Origin: Candidatus Eiseniibacteriota bacterium
GTDB lineage: Bacteria > Eisenbacteria > RBG-16-71-46 > CAIMUX01 > VGJL01
Direction of reading: 5' to 3'
Length of the DNA stretch: 64,000 nt
NCBI GenBank assembly: GCA_963792585.1
Contig: CAWBWI010000005.1
Location: 96,001-160,000 of the forward strand
Both the position numbers and the translations under genes were made by a program. Numbering within the stretch: the stretch's first letter is position 1; every line of letters starts with the position of its first letter. Under the pieces are notes generated by a model. That model had not been told where the DNA came from. It did not search any database and worked only from the letters and a program-made list of their open reading frames with translations. Positions 30,197-39,280 of this stretch are shown piece after piece.

Positions 30197-30753
30197 TCTG
30201 GGCGAAGAAGATCCTCCTTTCGCGCTTCCTCTGGCTCCTGCTGGGCGTGCTCGGGACCTCCCTGATCGCCCGTCACTGGGTCCTCGCGGAGGGAGGACCC
30301 CGCGAGGCGGTATCTCACTGGGGGATATGGGCTCCGATCGGCTCCGTGGTCCTGCAGACGATCTCCACCCCCGCGCCGGGCGGAGCGCTCTGTCTGAGCA
30401 TGATCAACGGCGCGCTCTACCGGCTCTGGATCGCCGTCCTCGTCAACCTCGTGAGCGGAGTGCTGGGCGCGATGGGGATGTATTTCGTTTGGAGGCGCGG
30501 GGGCAAGGAGTTCGCGGTGCGGGAGCGGATGCAGGCGCTTCCCCCCTGGCTCCGCCGTCACGTCGGCGACAACCTCCCCGCCCTCACTCTCCTCCGCCTG
30601 GTCCCCTGGGCGGGCGGCGGCCTCGCCGACATGATCGCGGGGACCCATCACGTCCCCCTGCGCACGCAGTTCCTGAGCTGCTTGATCGGATACATTCCCG
30701 GGTCGCTTCTCTACGCCCTCGCCGGCAAGGGGATCGTCCACCTGTGGTGGTAG
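30193..30753 (+). CDS. DedA/VTT (TVP38/TMEM64) family membrane protein
   Basis: GTGA overlap; WAP....LQT, GALY, LLRLVP and GYIPG motifs. Confidence 0.75.
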   Translation: MIWAKKILLSRFLWLLLGVLGTSLIARHWVLAEGGPREAVSHWGIWAPIGSVVLQTISTPAPGGALCLSMINGALYRLWIAVLVNLVSGVLGAMGMYFVWRRGGKEFAVRERMQALPPWLRRHVGDNLPALTLLRLVPWAGGGLADMIAGTHHVPLRTQFLSCLIGYIPGSLLYALAGKGIVHLWW

Positions 30754-31205
30754 GGCCGGCCCGGAGAGGTCTTCGGCGATTCACCCCCGTCGCATCGCAC
30801 CGGACGCACCTGCTCCTCGCCGCGCTGATGTGGTCCCTGGCCGGGACCGGTCTCTGTCTCGCCGGGACGATCTGGGTGCTGGGCGCGCACGAACCCTACG
30901 CGATCCCCATACTCGCCGCGGCGGCCGCGGTCGGCTGGCTCAAGGCGCGCTTCCTGCTGCGAAAGACCGCACGGAGGATCGTTCGCAGAATCGGCGAGCG
31001 GGGCGGGGACCGCTGCATCGGCGGGTTCCTGTCGTGGAAGAGCTGGGCCATGGTCGCTTCCATGATCCTGCTCGGACGGCTGTTGCGGATGAGCCCCCTG
31101 CCCGCTCCCTGGCGCGGCGCGATCTACTTCGCGATCGGCGCCGCCTTGTTGATCGCGAGCCGCGCCGTCTGGACGGCGTGGCGCGACCGATCCCCCGCCG
31201 TCTAG
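30744..31205 (+). CDS. Small hypothetical membrane protein
   Basis: About four TM helices (HLLLAALMWSLAG..., FLSWKSW.MV..MI.LG..LR). Start approximate. Confidence 0.7.
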   Translation: MVVGPARRGLRRFTPVASHRTHLLLAALMWSLAGTGLCLAGTIWVLGAHEPYAIPILAAAAAVGWLKARFLLRKTARRIVRRIGERGGDRCIGGFLSWKSWAMVASMILLGRLLRMSPLPAPWRGAIYFAIGAALLIASRAVWTAWRDRSPAV

Positions 31206-34200
31206 ACCCGCTCGATCCGCTCGGTCTCGAAGATCAGCTCGAGCCAGAGGTTCGTCAGCTTCTCCTGGAGCGAGTTCATCCGCAAGCGGTCGGCAAGGTT
31301 TCCGAAGTCGACCTCGTCGAGGATCTGGTCCTGGCAGAAACAGGTGAACACAGCATGCGACGGCGCGCCGGTCTTCGGATCGAGGTGCTGCTGGAGGCAC
31401 TGCGCGCAGACCTCCTTGAGCATGCACTGCATCGACGAGTTGATGCTCCCGATCGCCGTATGCGGGCCGAGGTGCGGCTTGAGCACGGCGTGGCGCGCCG
31501 CCTTCACGGCCGCCATCATCCTGTCCGATCCGATCGCGAGGATCCGGTTGACCTCGCTCAAGGGGAAGACGGTTTCGCCGAAGCCGCCGGTCGCATAGGC
31601 GACCATCGACTCGACGATGTTGCCCCGGAAGTGCCTGTCTTGCGGTCGTTGCGGGACGATCTCCGCGCCCCGGTCGGTGGACCAGATCACCTGATCGGTG
31701 GCCGATTCGATCTCCTCGCGCTTGAAGAGATCCACGCCATCCTTGTAGCCGGCGAAGTAGACGACCCGGTTGCCTCCATCCCGCATTGCCTTGGCGATCG
31801 AGAAGAGGACCGCATTGCCCAACCCTCCTCCGGCCAGGAGGACCTTCTCTCCGTGCGGGATCTCGGTCGGCGCGCCGGTCGGTCCCATCACGACGAGCCG
31901 CTGACCCGGCTTCAGCGTCGCGCAGAGGCGTGAGGAGGCGCCCATCTCGAGGACGATGAGACTCAGAAGCCCCTTCGCCTTGTCGACCCATGCGCCGGTG
32001 AGGGCGATTCCCTCGAGCGCAAGACGCGTGCCGGCGACGATGGGGCTCTCCGTCTCGAAGTTCTGCAGGCGGTAGAACTGCCCCGGCTCGAACTTCCGCG
32101 CCGCCAGCGGCGAACGAACGACGACATCGATGATCGTCGGCGTCAGGCGCTCGACCCGCTCGACGCGGCCGATCAGGCCGTCGTCGAGCCGCGCCAGTTC
32201 CTCGAGATAGGAGCGCAGGCGCGCCGCCTCGCCTGTCGGGTCGGCCTGGGCGATCTCCTCGGCGAACAGGTCGACGACGCAGTGATGCCCGTCGCGCGCG
32301 GAGGCCATCGCCTTCACGACGTTGCCCGCGTAGATCGGGTGGTTGTCTCCGTAATAGCTCACGAAGCGGCCGTCCTTCGCATACGAGGTGAAGAAACCGG
32401 TCTCGCCGCGCGATGCGGGGCGCAGCGCCCGACTCCCGTCCTCGGAGCGCTCCACGACATGCGGCGCGAAGTAGCGCATCCGATCGTCGAGACGGAAGGT
32501 GCCGGGGTGCTCGCGCTCGTAGATGACGTTTGGGCTCGTTCCCGCGGCGACACAGACGGAGCGGGCGGGCATGCGGACGCTGTCTCCGGTCGGCTTGAGC
32601 TTCCCGTCCACGACTGCCATGCGGGCGAACTCGATCCCTGCGACGGCGCCGTGGCTGTCCAGGAGCGCCTCGACGGGGTTCAGTCTCTCCGCGAAACGGA
32701 CCCCTTCTTCGAGCGCCTTCACCACCTCTTCGTGGTTGAGGCGATAGGCGGGCGATTCCTGCAGCGTGCGCCGGTAGGCGATCGTCACCCCACCCCACTC
32801 GCGGACCAGTCCGAGGAAGTTCGGGTCCTCCCCCGCCGCGCGCGCGCGGGCGCGCTCGGCGCGGACGGCACGCCCATGCTCGAGGAACTCGTCCAGGATC
32901 TCCCGCTCCTCCGCGTCGAGCCGCACACGGACCGCAGCTTCCCCCATACGCGCCGCGAGCTTCTCGAACCGATCGAGGGCTTTCTCGACCTGGATCGGGT
33001 AGTAGGCCAGGATCTCGGTCCCGGTGTCGATCGCGGTCAGTCCGCCACCGATGACGATGGCCGGAAGGCGGACCTGGAGGTTCGCGAGGCTCTCGCGCTT
33101 GAAGGCGCCGGTGAGTTGGAGGGTCATCAGGAAGTCGGAAGCCTGACGGATGCCGCGTGAAAGCCCCCCACGCATCTCGGCGATGGTCGGCTTTCCCGCG
33201 CCCGCCGCGATCGCGACATGATCGAACCCCATGGCCCAGCAATCCTCGATGGTCAACGTCCCGCCGAAACGAACGCCGCTGTAGGCGCGGAACGTCTCCC
33301 GGCGCGCGAGGGCGAGGTGGATCAACGTCAGAAAGTTCTTGTCCCAGCGAACCGTGATCCCGTACTCGGACACGCCGCCGAAGCCCGCCAGCGGGCGCTT
33401 GTCCAGTTCCTGATAGAGCGACGAGAAATCGCGGATCGGGCGGGGCGGACGCCCCGGCCCGCCGGTCAGGTCCGCGGGCGGCGGCTCGATCTTGAGCCCG
33501 TCGATGCCGACCACGCCGAATCCCTCGTTGAGCAGGTAGTGCGCCAGCGTATAGCCGGCGGGGCCCAGGCCGACGATCAGCACCCTCTTGCCGGAAAACG
33601 GGGCGGGAACGGGACGGCGAAGGTTCAGGGGATTCCAGCGCGTCAACAGCAGGTAGATCTCCGCGCCGAAGGGCAGCGAGAGGACATCCGTCAGGATTCC
33701 CGTTTCCGCCTGCGGAATGTTCACCGGCTCCTGCTTCTGATAGATGCAGGCCTTCATGCAATCGTTGCAGATCCGGTGCCCCGTGCCTGGGCACATCGGG
33801 TTGTCGATCATGATCAGCGCCAGCGCCGCGATCGACTCGCCGCGACGGCGCACCGTGTGCGCCTCCGAGATCTTCTCCTGGAGCGGACAACCGGCGAGCG
33901 GGATCCCCAGAGGGTTCTCCTTCGGCCTTCCGTCCTTCTCGCGCAGGCCGCGCGAGCACGAGTCCTTCTCGCGCGCGTGGCAGAGGATGCAATACTCGAC
34001 TTCCGCCGCGACGCCGCGGGGCTTCATGCGCCGATCCGTCAGCCGGAAGCCGTCGCGCTTGCGAAGCGTTTCCTCGGGACCCACGCACAGTTCCGGCAGC
34101 GCCGGGTCGGGATGCTCGCGGGGCACGAGTTCCTGGTAGTCCAGCGATTCCGGCGCCCCGAGCAGAACCCAGGTGCGACGCTCGGGACCGAAACGGTGCA

Positions 34201-34765
34201 TCCAGGCGGCACGACGCGCGAGGAGATCGAGGGCCTCGCGCTCCGCATCGTCCTTCGGCTCGGCGAGCGCGAGCAGGGCTCGAGCGAAGGCGCGTTCCGG
34301 ATCGGAAGCGTCGGCGAGGGATCGCCCACCGATGATCGAGGCGGCGCGGCGCGCATCCTCGGCCGGATCGAACGCGGCCAGCGTCTCCGCGGTCCACTTC
34401 GGATAGCTGATCCTCTGGAGAAGCCGTCTGGCTCGAACGACCGGTTCGTCCGCGGAGAGCCTCTCGACCAGGGCCGCGTATTCCCCCCCGACGCGGAAGA
34501 GGCGCGCCAGGAAGGAGGCGACGTGGGGCGCGAGAGCGATCAGGACGTCCGAGAGCTTCGGGGCGGCCAATCCTTCCCCGCGCGTCCGGAGCAGCTCGCG
34601 GTAGTTCGCGGCCAGATCGACGTCACGCTCCTCCAGATCGCGCACGAAGACAGCCAGGAGGTCCTCCAGGCGATCCCTGCGATAGAGGTCGGCGTACGTG
34701 AATCCTTCGAATCCGAGAGGGAGCTCCGTGGGAGGGGCTTCCGTTTGGGTGGGTTGATGTTCCAT
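31202..34765 (-). CDS. Large FAD/Fe-S oxidoreductase: GltD/NfnB-like module fused to PyrK/NfnA-like module
   Basis: CILCH...C, GCP, CPGTGHRICNDCMKAC clusters; GLGPAG and GGGLT Rossmann motifs; C-terminal FEPGQF, MGPTG, GGGLGNA and SMQCMLKEVCAQC...C. Confidence 0.85.
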   Translation of the reverse strand: MEHQPTQTEAPPTELPLGFEGFTYADLYRRDRLEDLLAVFVRDLEERDVDLAANYRELLRTRGEGLAAPKLSDVLIALAPHVASFLARLFRVGGEYAALVERLSADEPVVRARRLLQRISYPKWTAETLAAFDPAEDARRAASIIGGRSLADASDPERAFARALLALAEPKDDAEREALDLLARRAAWMHRFGPERRTWVLLGAPESLDYQELVPREHPDPALPELCVGPEETLRKRDGFRLTDRRMKPRGVAAEVEYCILCHAREKDSCSRGLREKDGRPKENPLGIPLAGCPLQEKISEAHTVRRRGESIAALALIMIDNPMCPGTGHRICNDCMKACIYQKQEPVNIPQAETGILTDVLSLPFGAEIYLLLTRWNPLNLRRPVPAPFSGKRVLIVGLGPAGYTLAHYLLNEGFGVVGIDGLKIEPPPADLTGGPGRPPRPIRDFSSLYQELDKRPLAGFGGVSEYGITVRWDKNFLTLIHLALARRETFRAYSGVRFGGTLTIEDCWAMGFDHVAIAAGAGKPTIAEMRGGLSRGIRQASDFLMTLQLTGAFKRESLANLQVRLPAIVIGGGLTAIDTGTEILAYYPIQVEKALDRFEKLAARMGEAAVRVRLDAEEREILDEFLEHGRAVRAERARARAAGEDPNFLGLVREWGGVTIAYRRTLQESPAYRLNHEEVVKALEEGVRFAERLNPVEALLDSHGAVAGIEFARMAVVDGKLKPTGDSVRMPARSVCVAAGTSPNVIYEREHPGTFRLDDRMRYFAPHVVERSEDGSRALRPASRGETGFFTSYAKDGRFVSYYGDNHPIYAGNVVKAMASARDGHHCVVDLFAEEIAQADPTGEAARLRSYLEELARLDDGLIGRVERVERLTPTIIDVVVRSPLAARKFEPGQFYRLQNFETESPIVAGTRLALEGIALTGAWVDKAKGLLSLIVLEMGASSRLCATLKPGQRLVVMGPTGAPTEIPHGEKVLLAGGGLGNAVLFSIAKAMRDGGNRVVYFAGYKDGVDLFKREEIESATDQVIWSTDRGAEIVPQRPQDRHFRGNIVESMVAYATGGFGETVFPLSEVNRILAIGSDRMMAAVKAARHAVLKPHLGPHTAIGSINSSMQCMLKEVCAQCLQQHLDPKTGAPSHAVFTCFCQDQILDEVDFGNLADRLRMNSLQEKLTNLWLELIFETERIERV

Positions 34766-35083
34766 AGATCGTTCAATTTAGCACGAGCCGCACGGTGCCT
34801 TGGGACAAAGGTCCTCGCTCACCCCGTGGATGCGCTGAGGAATCCGCGGAAAGCCGGCGCTCCGCCTGCGAAGGTCCGGCTGCGACCGCAGGATACGTGA
34901 ATTCATTCACGTTTTGATCGAGCCGGCGAAGGGGTTCCCGGGAGGCTCATTCTGCGACATTCCGCCCGCGACACCGGACGAGGATGCTCCGGATCGGATA
35001 AGAAATCCTGAAACCGAGCCGTTGCCGACGGCGTCTCCCATCGTTTCCCTTTCGACGAATTCCCCCGTAGGCTAGGCAACCAT

Positions 35084-36355
35084 ATGAGCTGGATCGCCTC
35101 CATCTTCATCGCCGTCCTGACCGCGACCCTCGGGCTCCTTGCCGCCGGCGTCATCGCGAATGCCGCCGTCGGCTGGTACCGCATCTCCAGCTTTGAGGGA
35201 GGCTCGGGCTACTTCGTCGTGGGAATCGCGCTTCTGGGCGGTTTCGTGGGGCTGATCATCGGCATCATCGTGGCCCGTGTGGCCGGTGCGGGCGCTGGCC
35301 TTGGCTTCCTCAGGAGCCTGGGACTGTCTCTGGGAAGCGTCGCCCTCCTTGCCGGGCTGGCGGCACTTCCGACACGGTTTCTAGCTGACGTCCCCCCCGA
35401 GATCGACGGCGAGCCTCTGGATCTCCTCGTGGAGGTGCGCCTCCCCGCAGGCGATACGACGCCGCCGGCGTCGAGGATAGGGGAACCGCAGATCACCCTG
35501 GGATCGCTCGTGAACCACAAGCAGCGCAGATCGGCGACGGGAGAGGTTCGGGTCGCGGAGTCGCGTCTGGAAGACGGCCGCTGGATTGTCCCAGGCGTAG
35601 TGCCGGTGTTCACGTCCCGTGGGTTGCGGACCGTAGGGATGGAGTTGGGCGGCAAGGACGTGGCCGGTTTCCTGATCCCCCTCCCCGCACGGCCGGGCAG
35701 ACGTTTCGAGGAGTGGAGCGGCTGGCTTCCGCGGCCGCCCGCCGGAAGCCCTGCATGGCCGGACAGCAAACCTTCGTACCGATTCCGGGTGCAACGCCAG
35801 ATCCCGCCACCGCCTCCTCCCGATCCGGGCGTCGTGGAGGCCGCGGAATTCGCGGCGCTGGATCCGGATGGTCCGCTCGACGCATGGCTCCGATTCCTCC
35901 AGGCATCAGGCCCGGCGGACCGTCTGCAGGCGGTCATGGAGGTCGTCGAGAGACGGCAGCCGGATCTGGCGGATGCGATACGCTCGAACGTGGACACGAC
36001 GCGCGAAGCGGCGCTCTACGCTGTGACGATGCTCACGCTCGTCACCCCGGATGTCTCCAAGGCCGTGCTCGATGACCAGCGAGAGATCCTCGCTGAGATC
36101 CGGAAATTCAACGTCTTGACCGAGCAGGATGAGGGGTACTACGAGCTCGGCAACGAGCTTCGCACCCGCTTCAACTACTGGCATCGCGCGTGGTGGACCG
36201 TGCACCAGCGGACCGGAGTGGACGGGCGTCCCCCCGTTCAGGAAGTTCTCGATCTCGCCCGCGTCCATCCCGGGGACGGCTTCATGCAGGAGATCGAGGT
36301 CAACGGAAGGGCCCACCTCGACGGAATCGATTCGCCCGAAGGCGACACTCCCTGA
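35084..36355 (+). CDS. Hypothetical membrane protein
   Basis: Three N-terminal TM helices (ISSFEGGSGYFV), then a soluble domain and a Pro-rich linker. Confidence 0.7.
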   Translation: MSWIASIFIAVLTATLGLLAAGVIANAAVGWYRISSFEGGSGYFVVGIALLGGFVGLIIGIIVARVAGAGAGLGFLRSLGLSLGSVALLAGLAALPTRFLADVPPEIDGEPLDLLVEVRLPAGDTTPPASRIGEPQITLGSLVNHKQRRSATGEVRVAESRLEDGRWIVPGVVPVFTSRGLRTVGMELGGKDVAGFLIPLPARPGRRFEEWSGWLPRPPAGSPAWPDSKPSYRFRVQRQIPPPPPPDPGVVEAAEFAALDPDGPLDAWLRFLQASGPADRLQAVMEVVERRQPDLADAIRSNVDTTREAALYAVTMLTLVTPDVSKAVLDDQREILAEIRKFNVLTEQDEGYYELGNELRTRFNYWHRAWWTVHQRTGVDGRPPVQEVLDLARVHPGDGFMQEIEVNGRAHLDGIDSPEGDTP

Positions 36356-36365
36356 TCGCCGCACC

Positions 36366-37049
36366 GTGATCCCCCCACCGGAACGCGACCCTTCAGGAAC
36401 GGAGCCCCTGCAGCCGCCGGGGAATCGCCCGGAAACGCCCCTCCAAAGATTCGAACGGAGCATGATGATCGGCTACGAGCAGTGGCACGACGGCGTCGGC
36501 TACGATCTCGACGCCATGCGAGCGGCCACCCCCGAAGCGCGCGTTTCGATCGAAGCGCTCCTACTCGGGCGGGGCGCCCGTGATTGGCGTGACGTGGAGG
36601 CGCTCGCTCTGATCGACACGCCCCGCGCTCGAACGGCCCTCGCAGAAGCGTTCGAGCATGGGGATCACGCGTTGCGCGACGCCGTGATTCGCTTCGCGCC
36701 CGATCTCGTGTCGCCGGCGGAGCGGACATCATCCCTCGTTCGCGCACTGCGGAGCGCCGTCATCTACGAGGGACTGACACAAGCGCTCGATAGGACGGCG
36801 GAGTTCCACCATCCCGAGGTGATCGCCGAGCTGTTCCGAGGCGTCCTTCGACGGGAGGGCGAGGTGGCGGTTCACTTCGCGGCGATGCTCCTGTTCCTCC
36901 ACGGCAAGGCGGCCGAACCGTTCGATTGGGAGTTGCGCCCCTTCTTCCTCCGTTTCAACACGGAAGACCGGCGGGAACGCGAGGCCGCGTTCCGCGAGCT
37001 CTGCGGCATGATCGAGGTCGATCCCGCCCCGTTCCTGTCCGCGCGCTGA
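36366..37049 (+). CDS. Hypothetical helical (HEAT-like) protein
   Basis: Coherent ORF (YEQWHDGVGYDL, DWRDVEAL, FDWELRPFFLRF). Start uncertain (36366 or 36462). Confidence 0.65.
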   Translation: MIPPPERDPSGTEPLQPPGNRPETPLQRFERSMMIGYEQWHDGVGYDLDAMRAATPEARVSIEALLLGRGARDWRDVEALALIDTPRARTALAEAFEHGDHALRDAVIRFAPDLVSPAERTSSLVRALRSAVIYEGLTQALDRTAEFHHPEVIAELFRGVLRREGEVAVHFAAMLLFLHGKAAEPFDWELRPFFLRFNTEDRREREAAFRELCGMIEVDPAPFLSAR

Positions 37050-37219
37050 CGCGCCGATCCGCCGTCGCGGCCGTTCTCCCTCGATACCCCGCAGTCCGCC
37101 GGTGACACGGTATCGCGGAGCACCTATACTTACCCGCGGGCAACGAACGGCGGCATCCAAACTCGACCGTCAATGCAATCGCTTCCCTGAGCAAGCCGCC
37201 GTCACAATGGGGGAATCTC

Positions 37220-39280
37220 ATGGACGGTTCGGCCGACCCCGGCGGAACGCGCGCCGTCATCGGGGCGGCGGCTCTCATCACCCTTCTGCTTGTCATCCCT
37301 TCCGCTTCCGGCGCCTGGCATGAATTCAAGGAATGGCGACCGCTCGGCGAGGTGGAGTGGGGGGCGGCGGAGAATCCCGCGATCGGGATCAACCACGCGG
37401 TGATTCTCTTCGACGGCCACATCGTCGATGACAGTGATCGCGCGTGGAGATTGGCGTACTCGCGCTACCACCGCGTCCGCGTATTCGACGCCAAGGGCGC
37501 CGACGACTTCCGCACGGTTGAATTGCCATACGGGAAGCCCTGGAAGTTTTCGCGCATCATGGCGCGGACCGTCAAACCTTCGGGCGAGGTCATCGAAGTG
37601 CGCGACGAGGATATCCACGAGAAGACGCTCGTCTCGATCGGCAAGTCCAAGATCCGCGCGAAGGTGTTCGCCTTCAAGGGCGTCGAACCGGGAGACATCG
37701 TCGAGTTCATCTACACGGTGCGGGGAGACGACATCTCCCCTCCCCTGGTGCAGATCCAGAACCCCGCGTACACGATCGAGGCCCGTCTTCGCTGGTACTA
37801 CTACCCCCAGCCCTACGCGGAGGATTTCATCAACGCCACGTCCGAGCTGCTCGACATCTTGGACTACCGGTCCGTCTACGTCATTCCGAACGGCCGATCT
37901 CATGGAGGCAAAGTAACGCCATTCGGGAGGGAGTCCGCCCCGGATGGGATCGATGTCCTCTTCCAGAACCTGCCGGGCCTGCCGGACGAACCCTATAAGC
38001 CGTCGGATCGAGCCGTTGCCGTACTCTTCGCCGCGCACTACGAGTGGCCACGACAGGAAGCAAAACAGCCCTTCTGGGAGAACATCGCCGAGACCTGGGG
38101 TTCTCGGACGCGCGAGTTCATGGAGAATCAGGAGACCCTGGAGCCGTGGATGAGGGAGATCATCGCCCGCCCACGTTCCTTGGATGAGGATCTGGTGGCC
38201 TGCGTAGAACTCGCCCATCGAGAGATCCGGAATGCCGACCTCCTCGACGATGACGAGCTGCCCGAGAAGGTGCCGGATTCGATCAGTATCGACGAACTGA
38301 TCGAGCACCGCATCGGCAGGGGAGAGCAGATCGACTATCTGGTCGCGGCCATGCTCAAGAGGCTGGGCTACCAGGCCACGGTCTTCTGGGCGCGCGACCA
38401 CGAGGAGAGCCCGTTCATTCCCGAATGGAAGTCGTCGGGCCAGTTTACGATCTCCGGTGTCGCCATCCGGCGGGATGCGAATCGCATCCAGTTCTGCGTT
38501 CCCCATCTCACTGCGGTCAGCCCGATGGCCGTCCCCTGGGAGATCTGCGGATCGAAGGCGATGATGGAAGATCTCTCGGACGACCGCAGTTTCAGCGATT
38601 TCCCCCCTCTTTGCGACATACCCATGGCGATCGAGGCTGGAAATCGGACCGACTTGGAGGTCGTGTTGCGCGAGGGGGAGGGGGGAAGACTGAACGGCCG
38701 TCTGAAGGCGCGCTGGGAATGTCTCAACGAACCGCTCTTGTTCCAGTCACTCTCGAATGATCTGCGCAAGAGCAGGAAGGACGCGCTCGCGCGACTGAAG
38801 GGATGGGCGCTTCGTCCGGGCATCGAGTGGACCGCTTTCGAGGAGTCGCTCGCCGTAGGCGATGAGACTATGGCCTACAGCTGCAGTTTGCAGGTCGACG
38901 GTCTCGTGGAGGAAGCCGGCGGCATGAGCTTGGTGGACCTCGGAGCGCTTCGGATCGACGATTACTCCCTTCCCGAGGAGCCCCGGCGGACCAACCTGGA
39001 TTTCCACCATCCACGGCACTACACCAGCAACGTCGAGCTGATCCTCGCCCCCGACCAGGAAGTTTCGGACCTGGTCCCACCCGAGCATTTCACGGATCGC
39101 CTCGCCGACTTCCGTTCGGCATGCACGCAGGAGGGTGGACGAGTCCGGCTCCAGCGTGAGTTGAAGATTCACTATGGGCTTTTCCTACCGGCTGCCGCCG
39201 AGCCGTTTCGGGAATTCTTCAGGACGATCTACAAGGCCAACGAACAGCCAACCGTGATCCGTGCGGCGGGTGCCGAGTGA
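37220..39280 (+). CDS. DUF3857 / transglutaminase-like secreted protein (catalytic Cys apparently absent)
   Basis: Signal/TM segment; ARTVKPSG and VEPGDIVEF DUF3857 motifs; EPYKP; C-terminal DUF3858-like region. Confidence 0.75.
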   Translation: MDGSADPGGTRAVIGAAALITLLLVIPSASGAWHEFKEWRPLGEVEWGAAENPAIGINHAVILFDGHIVDDSDRAWRLAYSRYHRVRVFDAKGADDFRTVELPYGKPWKFSRIMARTVKPSGEVIEVRDEDIHEKTLVSIGKSKIRAKVFAFKGVEPGDIVEFIYTVRGDDISPPLVQIQNPAYTIEARLRWYYYPQPYAEDFINATSELLDILDYRSVYVIPNGRSHGGKVTPFGRESAPDGIDVLFQNLPGLPDEPYKPSDRAVAVLFAAHYEWPRQEAKQPFWENIAETWGSRTREFMENQETLEPWMREIIARPRSLDEDLVACVELAHREIRNADLLDDDELPEKVPDSISIDELIEHRIGRGEQIDYLVAAMLKRLGYQATVFWARDHEESPFIPEWKSSGQFTISGVAIRRDANRIQFCVPHLTAVSPMAVPWEICGSKAMMEDLSDDRSFSDFPPLCDIPMAIEAGNRTDLEVVLREGEGGRLNGRLKARWECLNEPLLFQSLSNDLRKSRKDALARLKGWALRPGIEWTAFEESLAVGDETMAYSCSLQVDGLVEEAGGMSLVDLGALRIDDYSLPEEPRRTNLDFHHPRHYTSNVELILAPDQEVSDLVPPEHFTDRLADFRSACTQEGGRVRLQRELKIHYGLFLPAAAEPFREFFRTIYKANEQPTVIRAAGAE

